A stretch of DNA of 64,000 nt from a virus: IMG/VR virus record IMGVR_UViG_2716884767_000001, positions 103,510 to 167,509 of that record; one strand, written 5' to 3'. Positions within the stretch are counted from its first letter, which is position 1; each line of letters begins with the position of its first letter. A program made the translations under genes and the position numbers. The notes beneath the pieces are model-generated. The model did not search any database. It saw only the letters and a list, made by a program, of their open reading frames with translations, and was not told where the DNA came from. Of this stretch, positions 1 to 8,846 are shown one piece after another.

Positions 1-3
1 GTT

Positions 4-465
4 GTGATAATGATTCACAACAAAGAAAAGTGTGGTGCAGCAAAGAGAGCAAGTAAATTAGGTATTCCTCATACACATATTAAAAGTAAAAGGGAAGATC
101 TAATTATTGATTTGATGAGAGTATGGAAAGTAGATTTAATTGTTCTTGCAGGGTGGATGAGAATAGTTTCACCAAAACTAATTGATGCATTTCCAAATCG
201 AATTATAAATCTTCATCCATCATTACTGCCAAAGTATAAAGGTTTGCATGCAATCGAACAAGCTCTTGAAAATGGTGATAGTATCACAGGAGTAACAGTT
301 CATTACGTGAATGAAGAATTGGATGGTGGAAAAATTATTATGCAGGAGGAAGTTCCAATTTTACCTAATGATGATATTGAATCCTTGACAAAAGCAATAC
401 AGAGAAAGGAATATTATTTGTTACCAAAAGCAATCGAACATGTTAAAATAGTAACAAATGTATAG
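4..465 (+). CDS. purN: Phosphoribosylglycinamide formyltransferase (5' end probably lies before the window)
   Basis: Motifs LIVLAGWMRIVS, INLHPSLLPKYKG, GVTVHYVNEELDGG typical of PurN. Confidence 0.93.
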   Translation: MIMIHNKEKCGAAKRASKLGIPHTHIKSKREDLIIDLMRVWKVDLIVLAGWMRIVSPKLIDAFPNRIINLHPSLLPKYKGLHAIEQALENGDSITGVTVHYVNEELDGGKIIMQEEVPILPNDDIESLTKAIQRKEYYLLPKAIEHVKIVTNV

Positions 466-466
466 C

Positions 467-500
467 TTGACACAGTTTTTGTTTTATGATATACTAAATA
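467..500 (+). promoter_or_regulatory. Composite sigma70-like promoter overlapping a T4-type late promoter core
   Basis: TTGACA(467-472)-17 nt-TATACT(490-495), overlapping TAAATA(495-500). Confidence 0.75.
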
Positions 501-512
501 TCATTACATAGA

Positions 513-600
513 ACAAAGGACTCGAAAGATCGTAACCCTGCGTAGAATGTAAAATTCTTAGTCGAAAGAATTTCCATCCGCAGGTTTTTTATTGTCTGCG
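513..600 (+). ncRNA. Structured 5' leader (putative cis-regulatory RNA) sharing a 32-nt element with the psbA leader
   Basis: CCTGCG(537-542)/CGCAGG(579-584) outer stem, AAATTCTT/AAGAATTT inner stem, U-run 585-590; 513-544 recurs at 22651-22683. Confidence 0.45.
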
Positions 601-617
601 AGATACTTTTAAAAAAA

Positions 618-974
618 ATGATTAAATCAACAATCGCTGCAGTAGCAGCATCTCCATTCCTATTCGCTGGTGCAGCCTTTGCTGGTCCATACGTTAACTT
701 GGAAGCAAGTGGTTCTTATCCTGATGGTGCATATACATCTGGTGGACTAGAAGCAGTAGTTGGATATGAGGGAGCAACAGAGTCTGGAATTGGTTGGTAC
801 GTTTCTGGTGGTCCTACAGTGACTCACACAGAATCTGCTGATGAGTTCGGAGATGTTGAACTAGTAGGATACCTTGGTGGTTCTTATGATAAGTTCTACG
901 GAGAAATCTCTGGTGTTACTGCAGAAGACGATATTGACTGGTCTGCGAAGGCAGGTGTGAAGTTCACATTCTAA
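618..974 (+). CDS. Secreted/outer-membrane beta-barrel-like protein (cyanobacterial/cyanophage type)
   Basis: N-terminal signal peptide ending AAFA, alternating amphipathic strands, C-terminal KAGVKFTF beta-signal-like end. Confidence 0.65.
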   Translation: MIKSTIAAVAASPFLFAGAAFAGPYVNLEASGSYPDGAYTSGGLEAVVGYEGATESGIGWYVSGGPTVTHTESADEFGDVELVGYLGGSYDKFYGEISGVTAEDDIDWSAKAGVKFTF

Positions 975-994
975 TTTAAGTATCGCACTGATAC

Positions 995-1023
995 AGAGAC
1001 CTCTTTTTAGGGGTCTCTTTTTT
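995..1023 (+). terminator. Rho-independent terminator
   Basis: AGAGACCTCT/AGGGGTCTCT stem followed by T-run. Confidence 0.8.
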
Positions 1024-1072
1024 ATTGTCAAGATCTCCTAACAATAAATATTGTTACAGGAGGTTAAGACAA

Positions 1073-1249
1073 ATGTTACATTTAAGATGGGAAACACCAG
1101 AAGTCCCAGAATACGATCCAGAAAAACATAATCCAGAGAGGGTCTTTGCCTTTCTGTGTTACAGGGGAATACACTATGCGAAGTGGGTAACTCTTGATGT
1201 GTTTGGTGTTGGAAATTGGAATTTAAGAAATCCAAGACAAAAAGGTTAA
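1073..1249 (+). CDS. Small hypothetical protein (58 aa) with a YRGxxY motif
   Basis: AGGAGG RBS at 1058-1063 supports ATG 1073 rather than the upstream start in the ORF track. Confidence 0.7.
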   Translation: MLHLRWETPEVPEYDPEKHNPERVFAFLCYRGIHYAKWVTLDVFGVGNWNLRNPRQKG

Positions 1250-1268
1250 GAGAAGGTAAACGGTATAC

Positions 1269-1298
1269 AAAGACCTCTACATAGTAGGGGTCTTTTTT
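1269..1298 (+). terminator. Rho-independent terminator
   Basis: AAGACCTCTAC/GTAGGGGTCTT stem followed by T-run. Confidence 0.8.
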
Positions 1299-1303
1299 AT
1301 ATA

Positions 1304-1447
1304 ATGAATCTACTTAAACATCCGTTGTTTCAGATCAATATGATATTGGTTTGTTCTCTTGTGTTCATAGAGTTAATGCACATCAACTATCACAGAACAG
1401 CACCACCTTGTCCTGCACAGCAAATAGAGATGGAAGATGATTGGTGA
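1304..1447 (+). CDS. Small hypothetical membrane peptide (47 aa)
   Basis: Hand-translated MNLLKHPLFQINMILVCSLVFIELMH...; one hydrophobic helix. Confidence 0.5.
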   Translation: MNLLKHPLFQINMILVCSLVFIELMHINYHRTAPPCPAQQIEMEDDW

Positions 1448-1475
1448 TATATAGTTATGATATCGTAACAATATA

Positions 1476-1631
1476 ATGTTTCGTAAAGCAAAACAAATAT
1501 TAAAGATAGTAGTTCCAGTTGCCATTGTGGTGCAACTGACTGCTATCATTTTTTTGTTAAGAGAAGATAAGATGTTTGACTGTAGAATGTATGGTAAAGG
1601 AGCAATAGCCTGTAGGCAGATAAAATTATGA
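1476..1631 (+). CDS. Small hypothetical membrane peptide (51 aa)
   Basis: Hand-translated MFRKAKQILKIVVPVAIVVQLTAIIFLL...; one hydrophobic helix. Confidence 0.5.
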   Translation: MFRKAKQILKIVVPVAIVVQLTAIIFLLREDKMFDCRMYGKGAIACRQIKL

Positions 1632-1669
1632 TATATAATAGTAACGTATATGTAATTGGTATTTGATAA

Positions 1670-1930
1670 ATGGAACCGATTAGAGTAAGATGTAGATCCT
1701 GTGGAAAGGAGGTGTCAGCACAGACTGGCAAAACTTCAAGTTGTGGGTGTTCCAATATGGTGACAGTATCAGGAGATACAATATCTGCGAATGATATGTC
1801 TAAAGTAATTATGTTAAGTCCACGTAGAGAAGAGCAAGTAAGAAAAACTTTGTTTTCAAAAGAAGACTTAGAGTATCAAGAATTGAGGAAAAGAAGAAAA
1901 ATAAGAAAATTAGATTTTGAGGTCAGATAA
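1670..1930 (+). CDS. Hypothetical Zn-ribbon-like protein
   Basis: CRSCG ... CGCSN cysteine pairs. Confidence 0.7.
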   Translation: MEPIRVRCRSCGKEVSAQTGKTSSCGCSNMVTVSGDTISANDMSKVIMLSPRREEQVRKTLFSKEDLEYQELRKRRKIRKLDFEVR

Positions 1931-1995
1931 ATATTTGCTAAATCTGAATCCCATGTTATAATGTGCTTGTAATGGTTAACATTTAGAAACATACC

Positions 1996-2379
1996 ATGAT
2001 TAAAACTTTAATAACAGAGTTTCCTATAACAGACGTTCCTGTAGAAAGGAGTATCAGTAAGGAGAAAATTAAAAAGTACACTTATTCAAAAGCAGAAGTG
2101 GATGTGCTGATTGATGCTGCAGTTGAAAGAGCAGTCGCAGAGGCACGGAAGATTGATGAAGAATCAATGGCAAAGCATAATCGTGATGCCACTGTCATCA
2201 GTATGATTCTTGGATTCACAACTCTTGCATTGTTTGTAGATGGTTTGTTAAGAATGTTAGGTATTATTCCACCATTTATGCATCTTGATGTTAATATTTT
2301 AGATAAGATTGAGACTGATATTATAGATAAAGTAAAACAAGTACCTGTGCAAAAATTATTCCAACATGGATTTAGATGA
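1996..2379 (+). CDS. Hypothetical cyanophage membrane protein
   Basis: 127-aa ORF with a hydrophobic segment, in an overlapping gene chain. Confidence 0.7.
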   Translation: MIKTLITEFPITDVPVERSISKEKIKKYTYSKAEVDVLIDAAVERAVAEARKIDEESMAKHNRDATVISMILGFTTLALFVDGLLRMLGIIPPFMHLDVNILDKIETDIIDKVKQVPVQKLFQHGFR

Positions 2380-2609
2380 ATGATATTTCGGTTTTAATAT
2401 ATTTTTTATTATTTGCGGTTGTTGTGGGGATGACTTTTGCATTTATGTATGTTATGATGAGAACTACAATCAACGAATTTAACAAACCTAGAACTAACAT
2501 TCATCCAGAAATGGAAGAAGTTCAATCAGGTGATGAGTTACTAGTCTTTACCATGGATGAAGATGATGAAGATGGTGACGAAGGCAGTCTTACCATTGTT
2601 AGAAAATGA
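2376..2609 (+). CDS. Hypothetical membrane protein (N-terminal TM helix, HPEM motif, acidic tail)
   Basis: ATGA overlap with the upstream gene; hydrophobic N-terminus. Confidence 0.7.
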   Translation: MNDISVLIYFLLFAVVVGMTFAFMYVMMRTTINEFNKPRTNIHPEMEEVQSGDELLVFTMDEDDEDGDEGSLTIVRK

Positions 2610-2842
2610 AACCAACAGAAAATTACGAACAACTCTTAGCACGTTTTACAAAGAGAGTTGCACAACTTGAAGCAGAACAAGCAAAACTTGATGACTCATA
2701 TGATAAGTGGGTCAAACTTAATGATCAATTAAGTTATTTACAAGGATGTCTTGATACTGTACAATACTTAATGACAGGAGAACTTCCGAATGATGGAAAT
2801 CATGACGGTATGAAAAATCACAAACCCACAACTAATGATTAG
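2606..2842 (+). CDS. Hypothetical coiled-coil protein
   Basis: ATGA overlap; heptad-like composition. Confidence 0.65.
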   Translation: MKPTENYEQLLARFTKRVAQLEAEQAKLDDSYDKWVKLNDQLSYLQGCLDTVQYLMTGELPNDGNHDGMKNHKPTTND

Positions 2843-3095
2843 TTTTTTATTTTCAATGGCAGGTTTTTTAAACCTCTTATTTTATATCTTTGCGATAGGA
2901 GCTGGCATTTCATTTGTTCTTGAACAGTTTGTCAAGGACAATGAAAGAAATCTTTTTATTGTACAAACTAATAGAAGATATTGTTTTAGACAGGCATGGA
3001 TGACTAATGTTTATTGGTTTTTGTGTAATGTAGGTTTATTTGTAATCTCAAGAAATATGCAAACACCATCAGATACTTTTTGGAATGGTATGTAA
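2835..3095 (+). CDS. Hypothetical membrane protein
   Basis: Two hydrophobic segments; overlapping start. Confidence 0.65.
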   Translation: MISFLFSMAGFLNLLFYIFAIGAGISFVLEQFVKDNERNLFIVQTNRRYCFRQAWMTNVYWFLCNVGLFVISRNMQTPSDTFWNGM

Positions 3096-3101
3096 ATGAT
3101 C

Positions 3102-3130
3102 TTGACATATAGTAGAATTTTGTTTATAAT
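3102..3130 (+). promoter_or_regulatory. Sigma70-like early promoter heading the glycan island
   Basis: TTGACA(3102-3107)-17 nt-TATAAT(3125-3130), perfect consensus. Confidence 0.85.
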
Positions 3131-3155
3131 ATAATCATATATCCCTTTTTTTATT

Positions 3156-3389
3156 ATGAAAACTATTGTACACCATGAACATTTTCCTTATAGATATGTT
3201 GAGTGTGGAATACTTGAAATCAACGATGAACCAGATTATCGTATTCAAAAATATAATCAATATTCTGATAGATATCAGAACATGTATTATTGTGATAATC
3301 GCATGCAATTCGATACAGCCATAGAAGATTTTGAGTATACAAAATGGTTAGATCCTGCAGGTGTTCCATGTTATTCTAAAAATACATGA
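3156..3389 (+). CDS. Hypothetical cyanophage protein
   Basis: 77-aa ORF directly after the promoter, overlapping the next gene. Confidence 0.65.
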   Translation: MKTIVHHEHFPYRYVECGILEINDEPDYRIQKYNQYSDRYQNMYYCDNRMQFDTAIEDFEYTKWLDPAGVPCYSKNT

Positions 3390-3724
3390 AAGAAACCAGA
3401 CCATGGGGATCCTATGAAGTTTTAAATCAAGGATCAAGATATAAAGTAAAATGTATAGAAGTTACTGTTGGATCGAGTTTGTCTCTTCAAAGACATACTC
3501 ATCGAGCAGAGCATTGGGTTGTTGTTGAAGGAACAGCACTTGTACATATTGATGGTGAAAAATCATTGGTTCTTGAAAACCAAAGTACATTCATTCCTGT
3601 TGGTATTAAACATAGATTAGAAAATCCTGGTAAAATACCATTAAAAATTATAGAGGTTCAAAGTGGATCATACTTAGAAGAGGATGATATTGAAAGATTT
3701 GATGACGATTATGGGAGAAATTGA
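3386..3724 (+). CDS. Cupin, mannose-6-phosphate isomerase type II (stand-alone ManC C-terminal domain)
   Basis: [48 protein letters not shown]. Confidence 0.9.
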   Translation: MKETRPWGSYEVLNQGSRYKVKCIEVTVGSSLSLQRHTHRAEHWVVVEGTALVHIDGEKSLVLENQSTFIPVGIKHRLENPGKIPLKIIEVQSGSYLEEDDIERFDDDYGRN

Positions 3725-4728
3725 TGTCTAAAGTTGCTTTAATAACTGGTATTACAGGGCAAGATGGATCCTACCTTGCTGAACTTCTTCTTGAAAAAGA
3801 ATATGAGGTGCATGGAATTGTTCGTCGATCATCTTTAATTAACACACATCGTATTGATCATATCTATAAACAGATACATTTACATTATGGCGATTTAACT
3901 GATGCCACCAATTTAATTAATGTAATTAAAAAACTTGAACCAGATGAGATATACAATTTAGGTGCACAGAGTCACGTAAAAGTTTCTTTTGAAATGCCAG
4001 AATATACAGCACAAGTAGATAGTCTTGGAACTCTTCGTATATTAGAAGCAGTTCGTTTTCTTGGTATGGAAAAGAAGACTCGTATCTATCAGGCATCCAC
4101 ATCAGAACTATATGGAAAGGTGCAAGAGGTACCACAAACAGAGACCACACCTTTTTATCCACGTTCACCATATGGTGTTGCAAAATTATATGGATATTGG
4201 ATTGTTAAGAACTATCGTGAGTCTTATGGAATGCATGCCAGTTCTGGTATTCTGTTTAATCACGAGTCTCCAAGAAGAGGTGAGACATTTGTAACTCGTA
4301 AGATTACACGAGGTCTTTCTCAAGTGTCCGTAGGACTTGAAGATGTTTTGTATCTTGGTAATCTTGATGCAAAAAGAGATTGGGGTCATGCAAAGGATTA
4401 TGTTGAAGCAATGTGGTTAATGCTTCAACAAGATGAACCTGACGATTATGTTATTGCCACAGGTCAACAATATTCAGTTCGTGACTTTGTAAATAAAGCT
4501 GCTCCATACTTTGGATTTAATATTGAATGGAGAGGAGAAGGTATAGATGAATTTGGATATGATTTGACTATGGGAAAAACCATTATAAAAGTCAGTGATA
4601 GATACTTTAGACCTGCTGAAGTGGAATCTCTTCTTGGAGATCCTACAAAAGCAAAACAAAAACTTGGTTGGGAACCAACCACAACATTTGATCAATTAGT
4701 TGAGGACATGTGCATTTATGGACAGTAA
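3721..4728 (+). CDS. gmd: GDP-mannose 4,6-dehydratase
   Basis: [51 protein letters not shown]. Confidence 0.97.
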   Translation: MMSKVALITGITGQDGSYLAELLLEKEYEVHGIVRRSSLINTHRIDHIYKQIHLHYGDLTDATNLINVIKKLEPDEIYNLGAQSHVKVSFEMPEYTAQVDSLGTLRILEAVRFLGMEKKTRIYQASTSELYGKVQEVPQTETTPFYPRSPYGVAKLYGYWIVKNYRESYGMHASSGILFNHESPRRGETFVTRKITRGLSQVSVGLEDVLYLGNLDAKRDWGHAKDYVEAMWLMLQQDEPDDYVIATGQQYSVRDFVNKAAPYFGFNIEWRGEGIDEFGYDLTMGKTIIKVSDRYFRPAEVESLLGDPTKAKQKLGWEPTTTFDQLVEDMCIYGQ

Positions 4729-5656
4729 TTCGAAAATTTTAGTCGCAGGATCTGGAGGTTTAGTTGGATCTGCAATTGTAAGAAAATTAAAAAAACTTGG
4801 TTTTAATAACTTATTGACACCAAGAAGAAAGGAACTTGATTTAATTAATCAAAAAGAAGTTCAAGAATACTTTTCACATCATAAAGTTGATTATGTTTTT
4901 GATGCTGCTGCTAGAGTAGGTGGTATCTATGCTAATAATACTTATTCCGCTGAATTCATTTATGAGAACATAATGATTCAGACAAATTTGATTAATGAAG
5001 CATATCTTAATGGTGTTAAGAAGTTTGTCTTTCTTGGTTCAGTTTGTATCTACCCTAAATTTGCTCCAACTCCAGTTAAAGAAGATTCTTTAATGACCGA
5101 TCATTTAGAACCAACTAATGATGCTTATGCGGTTGCTAAAATTTCTGGTATTAAAATGCTACAAGCATACCATAAACAATATGGATTTAAATCTACATGT
5201 TTAATGCCAAGCAATATTTACGGACCTAATGATAACTTCCATCCAGAAAATGGACATGTCATCCCATCTATGATTACTAAATTTAATAATCAAACTGAAG
5301 AAGTTACTTTCTGGGGAGATGGATCTCCAATGAGAGAGTTTATTCACACAGATGATTTTGCTGATGCTTGTATCTTTAGTGTAGATAAATCTTCTGATAA
5401 TGGTGAATTGTATAATGTCGGTTCTGGGGAAAATGTTTCAATAAAAGATTTGTGTGGAAAAATATCTTCACTTGTAAGGTATAGTGGAAATATTAAATGG
5501 AATATTGACATGCCTAATGGAACTCCGAATAGACCTTTAGATTCTACTAAGTTTTATTCTCTTGGATGGAAACCTAGTTATACATTAGATAAAGGATTGA
5601 GTGATACTTATCAATGGTATCTTGAAAATAGATTTCCAGGAGATCAAACTAAGTGA
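4700..5656 (+). CDS. fcl: GDP-L-fucose synthase (true start probably ATG at 4718)
   Basis: [48 protein letters not shown]. Confidence 0.93.
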   Translation: MRTCAFMDSNSKILVAGSGGLVGSAIVRKLKKLGFNNLLTPRRKELDLINQKEVQEYFSHHKVDYVFDAAARVGGIYANNTYSAEFIYENIMIQTNLINEAYLNGVKKFVFLGSVCIYPKFAPTPVKEDSLMTDHLEPTNDAYAVAKISGIKMLQAYHKQYGFKSTCLMPSNIYGPNDNFHPENGHVIPSMITKFNNQTEEVTFWGDGSPMREFIHTDDFADACIFSVDKSSDNGELYNVGSGENVSIKDLCGKISSLVRYSGNIKWNIDMPNGTPNRPLDSTKFYSLGWKPSYTLDKGLSDTYQWYLENRFPGDQTK

Positions 5657-6450
5657 TAGGATTTAATCATCTTGGCCGTCTTGGAAGGTTTGGTAATCAG
5701 ATGTTCCAATACGCAGCACTTCGTGGTATTGCTGCTAATAATGGTGTAGGGTATTGCTTTCCCTTTTATCAACAGGCAGTTGATACTGGGGATGGGAATA
5801 TGATAAGGACAGAACTATTTGATTGTTTCAATATGGAATCTGTTTCTGAATTAAATATACAGTCTATTGATGATAGTAGACCAATAGTTCAGGAAAATGG
5901 TTTTAATTTTAATGAAGAACTTTTTAATAAGTGTCCTGATTGGGTAAGTCTTTTTGGATTCTTTCAAACAGAAAAGTATTTTAAAAATGTAGAAGATGTT
6001 ATTCGTAAGGACTTTACATTTAAGGATGAGATATTAGAACCTTGTAAAGAAATGATGGATAGTGTAGAGGGTCAAGTAGTAGGACTACATATTCGTAGAA
6101 CAGATTTTCTTACTAATCCAAATCATAACTTTGTTGGATTGGAGTATTATAAAAAAGCACTGGATAAGTTTGACGATAGTATTAATGTATTAGTATTATC
6201 TGATGACCCTAAATGGTGTCACGAGCAATCATTATTTCAAGATGATAGATTTATGATATCTGATAGTGAAAGTGGTTATATTGATATGTGTTTAATGAGT
6301 ATGTGCACTGATTATATTATTGCCAATTCAACATTCTCTTGGTGGGCTGCTTGGTTGGGTAATAGAGGAAAAGTCATTGCTCCTAAGAATTGGTTTCCTG
6401 ATAATAAGGATACATCTGATTTATATTGTAATGGTTGGGAGGTATTATGA
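5653..6450 (+). CDS. Alpha-1,2-fucosyltransferase (GT11)
   Basis: GRFGNQMFQYA, GLHIRRTDF, IIANSTFSWWAAWL. Confidence 0.9.
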   Translation: MIGFNHLGRLGRFGNQMFQYAALRGIAANNGVGYCFPFYQQAVDTGDGNMIRTELFDCFNMESVSELNIQSIDDSRPIVQENGFNFNEELFNKCPDWVSLFGFFQTEKYFKNVEDVIRKDFTFKDEILEPCKEMMDSVEGQVVGLHIRRTDFLTNPNHNFVGLEYYKKALDKFDDSINVLVLSDDPKWCHEQSLFQDDRFMISDSESGYIDMCLMSMCTDYIIANSTFSWWAAWLGNRGKVIAPKNWFPDNKDTSDLYCNGWEVL

Positions 6451-7166
6451 AAGTAGCAATTACATTTATAGGCACTGGTAAGTATCTTAATTTTTTACCA
6501 AAGTATTATGAGAATATTGAAAAGTATTTTCTTCCTAATACTGAGAAAGTTATCTTAGCATTTACTGATGGAGATTTGGATGAGACACCAGATAATATCA
6601 AAGTTTATCATCAAGAACATTTGGATTGGCCATTTATTACCCTTAAAAGGTTTGAGATTATTAATAAGGCAAGAGATGTTATTGACGAGTGTGACTGGTT
6701 GGTCTTTATAGATGCTGATGCTTTGCCTGTCACTACTATAACAGAAGAAGAATTTTTTAATGATAAACCATTGTTTGGTGTACATCATCCATGTCATTTT
6801 TTAAAGATGAAACCCCACGATCAATATCCAGGTGCTTGGGATCAGAATAAAAATTCATTGGCATATGTGGATACGGTTAAAGAACAACCACAAGTGTATT
6901 ATCAAGGATGTTTTTGGGGTGGACAAGTACCAGAGGTATGTGCTATGATAGATGAGATAGAATTAAGAACTAATAAAGATTTGAAAAAAGATGTCGTTGC
7001 TTTATGGCATGATGAAAGTCATATCAATAGATATTTTCTTGATAAATCTGATATAGTTCATACATTTGGATCTGAGTATGCATACCCTGAATTGTTTTCA
7101 GAAGTATGTTCTTTTGAACCAAAAATAGTACACTTAAAAAAGAATAATTCTGAGTATCAAAAATGA
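6447..7166 (+). CDS. Family 6 glycosyltransferase (ABO/alpha-1,3-Gal(NAc)T-like)
   Basis: FIGTGKY, FIDAD (DxD), YYQGCFWGG, WHDESHINRY; ATGA overlap at 6447. Confidence 0.88.
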   Translation: MKVAITFIGTGKYLNFLPKYYENIEKYFLPNTEKVILAFTDGDLDETPDNIKVYHQEHLDWPFITLKRFEIINKARDVIDECDWLVFIDADALPVTTITEEEFFNDKPLFGVHHPCHFLKMKPHDQYPGAWDQNKNSLAYVDTVKEQPQVYYQGCFWGGQVPEVCAMIDEIELRTNKDLKKDVVALWHDESHINRYFLDKSDIVHTFGSEYAYPELFSEVCSFEPKIVHLKKNNSEYQK

Positions 7167-8161
7167 AGATTTTAATTACAGGAGCTGCAGGGCAGATAGG
7201 TTCTGGTTTAGCAAAAAGAATTTATGATAAACATGAATTAACATTAGTAGATAATCTTAGAAATGGATATGCAGAGCATCTGAAAGATGATGCGAATGAA
7301 TTTATCGCACCATTTTATAATATAGACATAGCAACACCAGAACTTTTTAGTCATTGTGGTAGTAAGTTTGATAGTTATGATGCTATTATTCATCTTGCTG
7401 CTATATCATCTCTACCTGATTGTGAAACTAATCCATTAGAAGCACTTCATTGTAATGTAAATGCTACTGCAAATGTATTAGATTTCGCAAGGAAGATGAA
7501 TGTTCCTCATGTAATATTCTCAAGTACAAGTGCAATCTATGAGAATAATGATGTAGATGTATTTACAGAAGATTTAGAAGTAAGTCCAAGATTATATTAC
7601 TCACTGTCCAAGAAAATGTGTGAGGATTTGATTGAGTCATATAGAGAGCATTATGGAAGTAAGGTAACTATACTTCGTTTCTTTAATGTTTTTGGTCCTG
7701 ATGGAGATCAGACAAGACCTAATCCACCATTACTTAACTTTGTGTATAGAGAGTTGAGTAAGGGTAAAGCACCTGTATTGAGTGGTGATGGAGAACAGGT
7801 TAGAGATTTTATTTGTATAGATGATGTTGTTTCTATGATAGATCTATGTCTTGAAAAGCAACCTAATGATGTTTTTAATGTATGTACAGGAAAGGCAGTA
7901 AGTGTAAATCAAATATCTAGATGGGTTGCTGAAGCAATGGGTAAAGAAGATCTTGGATTGGATCATAAACCAGCGGGAGAACTATGGGATAGATATCCTG
8001 ATTTATTTCAAGGTAATTATGGTCTTGATAAGAACATTGTTGCTAAAGAAACAACAAGATATTCTAAAGGGTCTTACCAAAAAGCAAAAGATCTGTTAGG
8101 ATGGGAACCTAATACTGATATTGAATCTGAAGTTAAGAGAGTCACCTTACGTATTAAATAA
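7163..8161 (+). CDS. NAD-dependent sugar epimerase/dehydratase (extended SDR)
   Basis: ITGAAGQIG, HLAA, YSLSK (YxxxK), RFFNVFGP. Confidence 0.9.
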   Translation: MKILITGAAGQIGSGLAKRIYDKHELTLVDNLRNGYAEHLKDDANEFIAPFYNIDIATPELFSHCGSKFDSYDAIIHLAAISSLPDCETNPLEALHCNVNATANVLDFARKMNVPHVIFSSTSAIYENNDVDVFTEDLEVSPRLYYSLSKKMCEDLIESYREHYGSKVTILRFFNVFGPDGDQTRPNPPLLNFVYRELSKGKAPVLSGDGEQVRDFICIDDVVSMIDLCLEKQPNDVFNVCTGKAVSVNQISRWVAEAMGKEDLGLDHKPAGELWDRYPDLFQGNYGLDKNIVAKETTRYSKGSYQKAKDLLGWEPNTDIESEVKRVTLRIK

Positions 8162-8508
8162 TGAAAACTATTTTTTGTGATATTGATGGAACTCTTTGTA
8201 TTCATCATGAAGATATCGTTAGACAACATTCTGAAGAATTGGTTTTGTTACCAAATACTATAGATGTGCTAAAGGGATGGGAAAGAAAAGGTTATCGTCT
8301 TATTCTTGTGACTGGACGTAAGGAATCTCATCGTAAGGAACTGGAGCAACAATTAAAGAATGCTGGTATATTTTGGGATCATTTGATAATGGGATTGTCT
8401 AATGGTTCAAGAGTAATGATTAATGATGTTAAAGATGATGGTGTAGATAGAGCTTTATCATTTAATGTAAAAAGAAATACAGGTATATCGGAGTTGAAAA
8501 ATCTATGA
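8161..8508 (+). CDS. HAD-superfamily phosphatase
   Basis: KTIFCDIDGTL, LVTGR motifs. Confidence 0.8.
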   Translation: MKTIFCDIDGTLCIHHEDIVRQHSEELVLLPNTIDVLKGWERKGYRLILVTGRKESHRKELEQQLKNAGIFWDHLIMGLSNGSRVMINDVKDDGVDRALSFNVKRNTGISELKNL

Positions 8509-8846
8509 TCACTATATCAAAACCATGGGGATCTTTTGCTAATATTCTTGATGAAGAATATACTAAAGTTAAAAAGATTGTTATTAAACCAGATCAATCA
8601 CCAAGTTATCAATATCATTTTAAAAGAAGTGAGATATGGGTTATAGTACAAGGTGTTGCGGAAGTTAAAATTGATGATATAATTACTAGACATACTGTTG
8701 GAGATGTGATTAGAATATCTGAAGAACAAAAGCATCAACCTAAAAATATTGGTGATGATGATTTAATTTTCATAGAGATTCAACTAGGAAGTTATTTTGG
8801 TGAAGATGACATCGTGAGGTTAGAGGACAAGTATGGTAGAATATAA
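8505..8846 (+). CDS. Second ManC-C-terminal-type cupin (phosphosugar isomerase-like)
   Basis: KPWGSF, YQYHFKRSEIW, EIQLGSYFGEDDIVRLEDKYGR. Confidence 0.85.
   Translation: MITISKPWGSFANILDEEYTKVKKIVIKPDQSPSYQYHFKRSEIWVIVQGVAEVKIDDIITRHTVGDVIRISEEQKHQPKNIGDDDLIFIEIQLGSYFGEDDIVRLEDKYGRI

Noticed and set aside
513-544. Shared leader element as a hammerhead ribozyme
   Set aside because: It has CGAAA but no CUGANGA core that I could find.
1037-1063. Hairpin covering the late promoter and RBS of ORF 1073 (T4-style early-transcript silencing)
   Set aside because: The stem is weak and AU-only, and a terminator lies immediately upstream, so read-through silencing seems unnecessary.
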